Notes under the pieces: model-generated
Told to the model about the DNA's origin: nothing
Seen by the model: the letters and a program-made list of their open reading frames with translations, nothing else
Databases searched by the model: none
Shown here: in pieces, positions 46,999 to 55,571 of the stretch
Layout of the letters: the number at the start of each line of letters is the position of its first letter
Position numbering within the stretch: position 1 is the stretch's first letter
Position numbers and translations under genes: made by a program
NCBI GenBank assembly: GCA_964354975.1
Contig: CAYHBS010000003.1
Location: 4,086 to 68,085 of the forward strand
Direction: 5' to 3'
DNA: 64,000 nt
Source: an uncultured Candidatus Saccharibacteria bacterium
Lineage (GTDB): Bacteria > Patescibacteriota > Minisyncoccia > Ryanbacterales > HO2-45-13

Positions 46999-47439
46999 CT
47001 ACCAAGGAAAATTAATCATAGGATCATCGTATGGAATATGTTCAATAGGGGGACGCGCAGGATCATATGCTTTTCCTGCGTGATATAAAATACCCATTGG
47101 AGTATCTCCTAATGACTGATACCCGTGCGCGACACCGGGAGGAATAGCATACGCTTCGAGTACACTTCCACTCACCTGACACTCATACTGCTCTCCAAAT
47201 GTTGAAGAGTTCTTGCGCGCATCATAAAAAACCAATCGCGCGGTACCTTTGATGACTACCCACATTTCCCAGTACGTGTCGTGTATGTGAAATCCCTTAA
47301 CCACCCCGGGATGAGTTTCGCTGTAGCTCGTTTGTTTGATCTCGTGGAACGTGGGCTCCCCCTCCTTGATCAGCTCGGCAAAAAAACCACGCGCATCTTC
47401 GTGCTTCTGCACTGATTTATGGGTGAGGTCGTTGATCAT
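46999..47439 (-). CDS. dTDP-4-dehydrorhamnose 3,5-epimerase (RmlC)-like cupin
   Basis: DARGFFAEL...VKGFHIH...WVVIKGTARLVFYD...IPPGVAHGYQSL. Confidence 0.6.
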   Translation of the reverse strand: MINDLTHKSVQKHEDARGFFAELIKEGEPTFHEIKQTSYSETHPGVVKGFHIHDTYWEMWVVIKGTARLVFYDARKNSSTFGEQYECQVSGSVLEAYAIPPGVAHGYQSLGDTPMGILYHAGKAYDPARPPIEHIPYDDPMINFPW

Positions 47440-48373
47440 GAATGATGTGAGCGATTTGGTACGGTGCTTTCCGTTGCGACTCATAATAGGTGCGCATCAT
47501 AATTTCAGCAAGCACGCCCATAACCACGAGTTGCACACCGACGATCACAAGTAGTGCAGATAAAATCGGCAACGGAGTTGAAACAAACGTGTGCAGTCCC
47601 GAAAGTCTAAAATAAATAGCTACACTCCCTGCGATTCCCCCAAGTAGTAACGACACAAATCCAATACCACCAAAAAAGTGCATAGGACGATTCAGATACC
47701 GCGTGAGAAATTTAATCAACAATAAATCCAAAATCACCCGATAGGTGCGCCCAACACCATAATTACTCGATCCGCTCATGCGCTCTCTATAATGTACAGG
47801 CACTTCGGTCACTTTTGCTCCCTGCCAAAATGCGTACGCGGGAATAAATCGATGCATCTCTCCGTAGAGACCAATACCTCCAACGATGGATCTCCGATAT
47901 GCTTTGAGTGTGCACCCATAATCGTGCAACTTGAGCCCCGCAATGCGAGAGATAATTTCATTTGCAATAAGCGACGGGAGTTTGCGTGTTATCCATTTAT
48001 TTCTCCAGCGGTACCGGCGCCAGCCGGAAACGACATCATACCCCTCTGTAATAAGCGCAAGTAATTTTGGAATATCTGAAGGATCATTTTCCAAGTCACT
48101 GTCGATCGTAACCACAATGTCCCCTGACGAATGAGTGATCCCAGCTGACAATGCGGCAGTTTGTCCAAAATTGCGCGTAAATACAATCACCTTCACACGA
48201 CTGTCTGCGGTAGCAATATGTCGCAACGTTGTAAGACTTCCGTCACGTGATCCGTCATCAACCGCAACAAATTCAACCGCATCTCCGAAATGTCCGGATA
48301 CCGAAACCAACTCTCGATAGAGTTGTTCGAGATTTTTCTCTTCGTTATATACGGGGAAGATAATGGAAATCAT
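47417..48373 (-). CDS. GT2 polyprenyl-phosphate glycosyltransferase (DPM1/GtrB/ArnC-like) with C-terminal TM helices
   Basis: ISIIFPVYNEE..VAVDDGSRDGS...DSDLEND (DxD), then 2 C-terminal TM helices. Confidence 0.75.
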   Translation of the reverse strand: MISIIFPVYNEEKNLEQLYRELVSVSGHFGDAVEFVAVDDGSRDGSLTTLRHIATADSRVKVIVFTRNFGQTAALSAGITHSSGDIVVTIDSDLENDPSDIPKLLALITEGYDVVSGWRRYRWRNKWITRKLPSLIANEIISRIAGLKLHDYGCTLKAYRRSIVGGIGLYGEMHRFIPAYAFWQGAKVTEVPVHYRERMSGSSNYGVGRTYRVILDLLLIKFLTRYLNRPMHFFGGIGFVSLLLGGIAGSVAIYFRLSGLHTFVSTPLPILSALLVIVGVQLVVMGVLAEIMMRTYYESQRKAPYQIAHIIHDQRPHP

Positions 48374-49971
48374 GGCTTACGCTTGTATATAAGGAGGGTA
48401 CCTCCATCATTGCCCTCAGTGTATTTTCTTGGGTATACATTTTTAACTGTCTCAACAAGCTGGAATTGATTATTGAGCATAGCACGAAACGTAGCAATGC
48501 GCGCATCGGTATCTTCCCCCTCCCCCCAAAATGGGTTCCTGCGCAGTCCCTCGAACCCGGTTTCTTTATGTATTAACACCACATCGGCGTCATGTGCGAG
48601 CCAGTTATTCAGTATGTCCCAGTTATAAAACCCAATGCTGCGGATATAAGCGGTGTCTTCAGAATTTACGAAAAGGAAGTTCCGCTGCAGCAGCGGCGCA
48701 AACACTCTCCGATCAGCGAGAAAAGCGTGGTAAAGCGAGTCATCAAATGTTAAAATATTATCTTCTTTTTCCGTTAGCGCAGCAACATGCTCCGCACCAA
48801 TACGTACACGCTCAAGATCTGAAATATCATGTGGGTTCGCGATAATATCCTTTCGGTACTGCAATGTTCCATTTAACAGAATCACCGCGCACAACAATAT
48901 CATCGCGACGCTACGTTCAATCCGTATTGCTCGGTAGCTCACTACAATGAACAAGATCACAAACGGCATGAAGTAATTCGCATAATACACATTCCCTTCG
49001 AGCTTCCAATAAAAATAATGTGCGCCCATCATGCTCATTGCGTACATCCAAATGAGCAACGGGATCTTGTGATCCCGCGTATATGCGCTCCGGCGCATGC
49101 CATGTTCACGAATTATCAACACCGTTGCGACGAAGAACAGCAGCAAAAATCCATAATACTCACGCACAAAATCACTTAGGTTAGTGATAAACGAATCAAA
49201 GGTCTGCGCGAGTGTGGAAGCTTGCAACTGACTCATGATGCCTACGCTGACAATCGGACTCACTACGTCGCTCAGCGCAACGGTGGGGTTATAACGAATT
49301 ATGGGAATATATCCGAGCACAACAACAACGATAACTATGGCTGCCCACAAAGCAACGCTGCGGGCGTGGTACCTAGCCACTATCTGAAACAACAAATATG
49401 CTAGGAGTGCGGGTAAAAAATTGATACGCGAAAGCAATAGGAGTCCGAAGAGTAATCCGTTGAGCAGTGCTTTGTAGTTACGACGAATATCAATCAGTTC
49501 CACTACGACAGTGAGCATGAGTAGCAATGTTGCGAGCGCATACATCGTGACAGTGATGTAATTGGATACAAGTAGTACATTCGAAACAAGTAGCGCAGCA
49601 GCAGCCGCGGCCGCGCGTTTACCAGAAAGCCGGGCAGCTACCCACAACATCACTGCATACAGCATCACAAAAAAACAAGCAGCCAGTATGCGCCCCGCGT
49701 AGATGCTTGGACCAAACAAATACTGCACATACCCAAACGTCGGAATCACAAACGGAGGGTATGACATAATACTGTCCACATATGGCACAAACTCCCCTGT
49801 CAGTATGAGATAGCTCTTGAACGACGCGAGTATTTCATCTATCCATGTTTCGCGATAGACGAGGAGCACTGCAGACTCAATCATCAGCACTGCGCTTGCT
49901 ACGATGATAATGATTTCATCGATGTACTTGTGAAGTAAAACGAACCTCTGAGTGTGTCGTGCCACATTCAT
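48370..49971 (-). CDS. GT-C fold polytopic membrane glycosyltransferase (ArnT/PMT-like)
   Basis: 533 aa with ≥11 TM helices. It is immediately downstream of, and translationally coupled to, the GT2 polyprenyl-P sugar synthase. Confidence 0.5.
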   Translation of the reverse strand: MNVARHTQRFVLLHKYIDEIIIIVASAVLMIESAVLLVYRETWIDEILASFKSYLILTGEFVPYVDSIMSYPPFVIPTFGYVQYLFGPSIYAGRILAACFFVMLYAVMLWVAARLSGKRAAAAAAALLVSNVLLVSNYITVTMYALATLLLMLTVVVELIDIRRNYKALLNGLLFGLLLLSRINFLPALLAYLLFQIVARYHARSVALWAAIVIVVVVLGYIPIIRYNPTVALSDVVSPIVSVGIMSQLQASTLAQTFDSFITNLSDFVREYYGFLLLFFVATVLIIREHGMRRSAYTRDHKIPLLIWMYAMSMMGAHYFYWKLEGNVYYANYFMPFVILFIVVSYRAIRIERSVAMILLCAVILLNGTLQYRKDIIANPHDISDLERVRIGAEHVAALTEKEDNILTFDDSLYHAFLADRRVFAPLLQRNFLFVNSEDTAYIRSIGFYNWDILNNWLAHDADVVLIHKETGFEGLRRNPFWGEGEDTDARIATFRAMLNNQFQLVETVKNVYPRKYTEGNDGGTLLIYKRKP

Positions 49972-51365
49972 ACCGCAGAAAATAAGATATCAACGATACG
50001 CTTTCCGCTGTGGCGATCTAATGGACCGCAGACCGTATCTCTTAATTCCTTCCGTTTATCGCCGTCACTACTACCATCGCGTACATAGGTTTGAAGCGCG
50101 ACGAGCAAATCATCAAAGTTTAGAGCACGGTGCATTGCCCCAGAAAGTAATACTTCTTTAAAGTGATCCATTTGTTCAAAGCGCCGAATTGATTTGCGAT
50201 ACGGAAGCGCATGATACCCATCAAATGGAGTTGCAATGATTGGACGATCGTAGAGCGCCGCTTCAAGCACCATGGTCGTATATACCGCGAGCACAACATC
50301 CGCGTGGCGCAGGATATTCGTAAAATAGATGCTCCTGTCAAGATCTCCCCAAAATTCTTTCTCATAAATACGTACTCGAGGGTGATCTTTAAAGGTAGAA
50401 AATTTAATCTCATCAATTGTGCGATCTTTTGTCCTCCCGCTGATATACGGTCGAATGACAATGTGCATCTTCTCCCCTAATTTCCCTTCATCAATCCATC
50501 TCAGCATCGTCTCAATAATGTCTGGTTCGTGTGGACAATATGCGCTCCCCGATATGTAGAGAATATATTTCGACCCGTCGGGCAAACCTAATTGTTGAAT
50601 CAGTGAAGCACGCGGTACCGCATACGATTCGTTAAGCATAAAATCGAAGTGTGGGTATCCCACAACCCGTATTGCTGACTGATCGTATGATTGGTGTTTT
50701 ATCGCAGCTCTGCCCACTTGCGCACTCGGCACTAATAATTCGTCGACATGAAATGGTAAATAATATTTATCGAGATGATCCCAACCTGCGGGCATACCGA
50801 TGGTACGCACGCCTCGTCTATACGCTTCTGCAAGTATGTGTATATCGAATAGCCCATAAATATGAGTGGAAAAAACGAGATCTGGTCGATACGTATCAAA
50901 CAATTCTTGAAAGGGTCGCGCCGCATTAACGCGAATAAACATCTGTGGCACAAAAATATTCCGAATCCATTGAGATTTTCCAAACGTCAACGCAATACAC
51001 TGCTTGATGGGAGCAAGATATCGCTTGCCTCCTGCGGCCGGTTCATCTGGTCGAGTCCCCATTGTGGCCATGAGCGCCGTCGTATGGGTGTAAAGCAGGT
51101 AAGAATAAAAAAAATGAAATAGTTTTTCGCGCAACCGCTTGGGATATTTTACTTCAGCGTACGTGACGATACATCCCGCCGCTGTAGCTGTGGTAAAAAA
51201 TTGTTCATACTTTCCTTTTCTGCCCTCCTCAAGGAGAAACACTACGCGCACCTGCTGGGAATGCTCCTTCACATGCACTACAAGTAAATCAAGAAAGCTC
51301 CCCGGGAAAAAACAAAGGTTACGAAACGCTGCAGAAGACGCAATAGGGATAAAAATTGTTTTCAT
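49968..51365 (-). CDS. TagF-like GT-B family protein, paralog 3
   Basis: GVRTIGMPAGWDHL; GYPHFDFM; VVLAVYTTMVLEAALYDRPIIATPFDG. The start is placed at MKTIFIP (ATG 51365, 4-nt overlap with the upstream stop). Confidence 0.45.
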   Translation of the reverse strand: MKTIFIPIASSAAFRNLCFFPGSFLDLLVVHVKEHSQQVRVVFLLEEGRKGKYEQFFTTATAAGCIVTYAEVKYPKRLREKLFHFFYSYLLYTHTTALMATMGTRPDEPAAGGKRYLAPIKQCIALTFGKSQWIRNIFVPQMFIRVNAARPFQELFDTYRPDLVFSTHIYGLFDIHILAEAYRRGVRTIGMPAGWDHLDKYYLPFHVDELLVPSAQVGRAAIKHQSYDQSAIRVVGYPHFDFMLNESYAVPRASLIQQLGLPDGSKYILYISGSAYCPHEPDIIETMLRWIDEGKLGEKMHIVIRPYISGRTKDRTIDEIKFSTFKDHPRVRIYEKEFWGDLDRSIYFTNILRHADVVLAVYTTMVLEAALYDRPIIATPFDGYHALPYRKSIRRFEQMDHFKEVLLSGAMHRALNFDDLLVALQTYVRDGSSDGDKRKELRDTVCGPLDRHSGKRIVDILFSAV

Positions 51366-52741
51366 AGAGTATGTATGATTGCACGTGCAACACGTTCGGC
51401 GGACTTGCCGTCTGTCATATAACATTGCTCTTGAACAATACGCGCCCTCCCCTCACGCAGCATTGCAGGAACCTGCAATGCATCGTTGAGCGCAGTAACC
51501 ATTTCGTCGGCAGAATGCACAATAGCAATACCATTCAGTGTACGGATCTTTGCAAGATGATTCCAGTCAAAAAAACGTCGCGCAGAATTCCAGTATGGCC
51601 GCCGCAAAGCGCCATCAAACGCAACGCCGACAATCGGCTTATCCAATATTGCTGCTTCAATAAAAAATGTGGAATACATGGTGACAACGACATCGGCGTA
51701 GATAAGACTATGATGCAAAAAATTTACTGCCTCGTCTGTAAATTCCCAATTATGCACAGTGTCAGCAACGTGCCCAACAGCTGATACAACAAAAAATCGA
51801 TATGCGGACCGCATGCGTTCCATGCGTTTTTCAGAGAAATCGTAGCGAGGATATGGACGAATAAGTACGTTGACGGACTCGCTGAGTGCGTGCGCCTCAA
51901 GAGATTCATGTAAGATGCGCAAAATATCAAACTCGATATCAAGCGCTGCTTTCCCTGAAAATGCGTACAAAATGGTTTTTTTACTTGGATCTGCGCCGAT
52001 ACTGTTGAGAAATTCTTCTCGCGACATTGTCACTCGGCCCGAAAAATACCGATCATATTGGGGAATGCCCGTGATACACACGCGATTCCTTGGAAAATCG
52101 CCGTATGTTGCAGCAAGTTCAAGAATTTCCGGTGTATGTACGAGCAGCGTATCCGGATGCACACGAATGATCGTCTTACTATATAGATTATCCCAGCTTA
52201 ATATCATACCCACTACTCTCACGCCTCTCCTCCGCGCAACTTTGGCAAGAATATGATCTTCGCTATGAATGACATTGGAACAATACACGACATCAGGATT
52301 GTAGCGATCCAGCAGCGAATCAAATGTATGATCGGAGAAGCGAGCATAACTCCAACGAATCATTCTTCTCCACCATGAAAATTGGCCTAAACAACCACAC
52401 ATCACTTCCACGGGATACAAGAGCAACGTACGAATCCCATTCCACGAAAAAGAAAAATTACTTTGAAATAGATAAGTGCGTTGCATGCGCGCTGTTCTAC
52501 TATGAATACTTGCGCGTTCAATGAATTGAAAGAATGTCTCCACCACGGGTCGTTGCAATTCTGGCAATACATCGAAGGTGATCGATGACTCGGGAAATTC
52601 CAAAGCGTAATACTCTACTTTTTCCTTTGGCACTAACACCACTAATCGATCCCCCGGTTGCTCAATGATAATCCTAGCTGCGTCAGTGCGCAGAAAATTT
52701 CTTACAAAAAATCCGTCGTGTATTGCCGTCAAAATTGTCAT
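51362..52741 (-). CDS. TagF-like GT-B family protein, paralog 4
   Basis: GVRVVGMILSWDNL; GIPQYDRY; VVVTMYSTFFIEAAILDKPIVGVAFDG; QEQC. Confidence 0.45.
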   Translation of the reverse strand: MTILTAIHDGFFVRNFLRTDAARIIIEQPGDRLVVLVPKEKVEYYALEFPESSITFDVLPELQRPVVETFFQFIERASIHSRTARMQRTYLFQSNFSFSWNGIRTLLLYPVEVMCGCLGQFSWWRRMIRWSYARFSDHTFDSLLDRYNPDVVYCSNVIHSEDHILAKVARRRGVRVVGMILSWDNLYSKTIIRVHPDTLLVHTPEILELAATYGDFPRNRVCITGIPQYDRYFSGRVTMSREEFLNSIGADPSKKTILYAFSGKAALDIEFDILRILHESLEAHALSESVNVLIRPYPRYDFSEKRMERMRSAYRFFVVSAVGHVADTVHNWEFTDEAVNFLHHSLIYADVVVTMYSTFFIEAAILDKPIVGVAFDGALRRPYWNSARRFFDWNHLAKIRTLNGIAIVHSADEMVTALNDALQVPAMLREGRARIVQEQCYMTDGKSAERVARAIIHTL

Positions 52742-53937
52742 GTAATGTATGTTGTAAATACGTCGTTCAATGCTTTCGCTTGTGCGGTGGACGTCAAACT
52801 ACGCTCAATAAGGGCTCTTCCTTCTTTGCCAAGTGCGCGCGCAACATCTGGATGCGTCGTAAGAAATGTCACATGCGCTGCAATAGCCTCGGTATCAAAT
52901 GGATCATGTAGCAATGCGTGCACTCCATGTGTTAAGACTTCGCTTGCCCCTGCAGTTCGAGAAACTATGACGGGCATCCCTGTCGAGAGCGCCTCACACA
53001 CTGCGATTCCCCACGACTGAATATGACTCGGAAACAAAAACACATCATGAGAAAGATACATGTCAGCAAGTTGCTCGTCCGATACCGCACCGTAAAACGT
53101 CACGCACTCGTCGAGTCCCAGCTCATGCACTAATTGTCTCAGTGACTGTTCATACGCACGTTGCTGCGCATACTCGCCTGCAATAGTCAGCGTTGCCTGA
53201 ATGCCACGATGTCGCAACAATTGGAGCGCACGAATTCCATCTTCGAATCGCCGATGTGGAAAGAAAATACCAAACAGTAATAACTTCGGTGCCGTGCGAC
53301 TAATGTTGCGTTCTCGAAATGGGAACGACTCGATTGTCACCCCTGGACGCAATATATGCACGGGAATACGGTACTCACTACGTGCCCACATTGCGTCCCG
53401 CTCGTCTAATACAACAACTGCATCCTGCGGAACGATATGTGTACGGATATCGTATGCGTCAATCATCCAATCAATCATTTTTTTGAGTCGCGACCTTTCA
53501 TCAATGATTCCTTGCATGCGACATCGTTCCACCGATAGGGCACGTGTTGCGGGATCATTCATGATCCATACCGAAGGAATATGCAGCCGTTTTTTTGCCA
53601 CTGCAGCAACGCGGTAGCTCACCTGATCGTGTGGATTGAGCAGATTAAAGCCCGCGGGTATTTTTCGGGCAAGTCGCGCCGGATTAAGAAATTCATTTCT
53701 TAAAAACGCAACAACCTTCCATGCTCTCCACGAGCCCTGGGTAGCGTGCACTACATTCTCTTCGAGTGTGGTCACCTTCACCGCAGCGGATATCTGAAAG
53801 GTATCATGTGGCTCGAAGTAAAAAGTGAAGATCTCCACCGAATGTCCAAGTTGCGTCAGGTGTTCGGCAAGTGTCAGTGCTTGTCGTTGCGTGCCACCGC
53901 GAATATTGAGTCGGCGCACAATCATCGCAATATTCAT
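52738..53937 (-). CDS. glycosyltransferase family 4
   Basis: GIAVCEALSTGMPVIVSRTAGASEVL (EX7E region). Confidence 0.75.
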   Translation of the reverse strand: MNIAMIVRRLNIRGGTQRQALTLAEHLTQLGHSVEIFTFYFEPHDTFQISAAVKVTTLEENVVHATQGSWRAWKVVAFLRNEFLNPARLARKIPAGFNLLNPHDQVSYRVAAVAKKRLHIPSVWIMNDPATRALSVERCRMQGIIDERSRLKKMIDWMIDAYDIRTHIVPQDAVVVLDERDAMWARSEYRIPVHILRPGVTIESFPFRERNISRTAPKLLLFGIFFPHRRFEDGIRALQLLRHRGIQATLTIAGEYAQQRAYEQSLRQLVHELGLDECVTFYGAVSDEQLADMYLSHDVFLFPSHIQSWGIAVCEALSTGMPVIVSRTAGASEVLTHGVHALLHDPFDTEAIAAHVTFLTTHPDVARALGKEGRALIERSLTSTAQAKALNDVFTTYIT

Positions 53938-54494
53938 TTGCGGAGTGTTATTTCAATGTTTTCTGCGGGAAATATCCGTGACCATCCTGTTGATTCATAT
54001 ATATACTGGTTCCGCGCGCTGTAGTTTACTATCCTTGAAACAATCGCATTATATAAAAACCATCTTGAACTGCGCTCGAACGTAATAATCTTTTTCACCA
54101 TCTTTGTAAACGAAAAATTGTGATAATATCCTCTCCCCTTTGGAGGATGCGTAGTAAAGAAATCGAACGTTCGAATAGCAAATATTTTTTTATGTGTGGG
54201 GTCTGTATAACTATTCTTAGAGGTAAAATGCGGAACGCGAATAGTAATAGTGCCTCCCGGCTGCAATATGCGAAAGATATCTTTGAGTACAGGAATGTAC
54301 TCAATGTGCTCGAATATATCTTGGCACACCACTTCGGAAATACTCCCACTTGCAAATGGTAGTGGTACCTGTTGCACATCGTGCACTATATCCACTCCGG
54401 GAAGTTGCGACGAGTCCACATTCACCCAACCAGGCTTGATGTCATACCCACACCCAAAATTTATTTTTATCGGATTATTCATATGTTGGCGCAC
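53934..54494 (-). CDS. class I SAM-dependent methyltransferase (small, Methyltransf_11/23-like)
   Basis: INFGCGYD...LQPGGTITI. Confidence 0.6.
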   Translation of the reverse strand: MRQHMNNPIKINFGCGYDIKPGWVNVDSSQLPGVDIVHDVQQVPLPFASGSISEVVCQDIFEHIEYIPVLKDIFRILQPGGTITIRVPHFTSKNSYTDPTHKKIFAIRTFDFFTTHPPKGRGYYHNFSFTKMVKKIITFERSSRWFLYNAIVSRIVNYSARNQYIYESTGWSRIFPAENIEITLRK

Positions 54495-55567
54495 ACTGAG
54501 CGATATATATTCATATACGCTGCAATTTTACCATTCCAACCATTCCGCTCAGCCCACTCTCGTGATGCACCGGAAAGTTGTGTGTGAAGTGTATGATTTA
54601 CACAAATGTTGCGAATAATTTTGGCACATGCTTCCACGTCGCGCTCTGGTATAAGAAACCCATTATAGCCGTCTACCACCGCGTCTTCAACACCGCACTC
54701 TGTGCTGCCAATCACCGGGATACCGAACGCTGCTGCTTCAAGAAATACGAGACCAAATCCTTCGACATCGTGCCCTACATTTTGAGAAAGGAGGACAAAG
54801 AGTTCTGCATGACGATACCACGACATCAACGCCGATTCGGTATTCACATCGGTCAGTAGATGTACGCGATCTTTCACATGAAGCTGCTCTATTTTTTGTT
54901 CAAGGCGACTGAGCATTTCCTTGGAGTACGGACGACCTACAATTACGTAGTGCAAATCTGGAACGTACTCGGCAATTTTTGCAAATGCCTCGATGCTATA
55001 TTGATACCCTTTACGCCACCGAATGGCTCCCACACTCAACATATACCGGTACGGAAGAGGGGATATATCAGACGCAACTGCACGGATTGCCTCAGCGTCC
55101 ACCCCAGGAGTAATGACCTCAATATTGCCTCTCCCGCTTGCTGTTTGTGCCTTTCGTTTTGTATATGTACTGATTGCTGTAACCGCGCGGACGGACCGAA
55201 ATACATGACGCGCTATATATCTGGTTATCCCTGAGTATAGAGAAATGAGTGTGCCACTACCGACCGCGGTGATAATAATAGGTCTGCCAAGTCCAAAGGA
55301 AAGTATGTAGGCAATGAGACCGAATGGATATAAGTCAAGCGCATGGATAATATCTGCTTCACGAAAACATGCCCGTATACGTAACGCGTTTTTTACAAGA
55401 TCGCGCTTATGAGGTCCAAGATATGCAAAATGAGACATATCTCCACCGGGAACACTGGTGAGTACTACAGTATCTATCTGTTCTTTTATTCCGTGCACTA
55501 AATGACGCGTGAATACCCCAGCGCCATTATCATCTTGTACATTCAGTGCGAGTATGCAGACCTTCAT
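54479..55567 (-). CDS. glycosyltransferase family 4
   Basis: GFGLVFLEAAAFGIPVIGSTECGVEDAV. Confidence 0.75.
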   Translation of the reverse strand: MKVCILALNVQDDNGAGVFTRHLVHGIKEQIDTVVLTSVPGGDMSHFAYLGPHKRDLVKNALRIRACFREADIIHALDLYPFGLIAYILSFGLGRPIIITAVGSGTLISLYSGITRYIARHVFRSVRAVTAISTYTKRKAQTASGRGNIEVITPGVDAEAIRAVASDISPLPYRYMLSVGAIRWRKGYQYSIEAFAKIAEYVPDLHYVIVGRPYSKEMLSRLEQKIEQLHVKDRVHLLTDVNTESALMSWYRHAELFVLLSQNVGHDVEGFGLVFLEAAAFGIPVIGSTECGVEDAVVDGYNGFLIPERDVEACAKIIRNICVNHTLHTQLSGASREWAERNGWNGKIAAYMNIYRSVCANI

Positions 55568-55571
55568 ATAC

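Noticed and set aside
48531-48845. 104-aa plus-strand ORF inside the GT-C membrane protein gene
   Set aside because: It is antisense to a long TM-rich ORF with no motifs.
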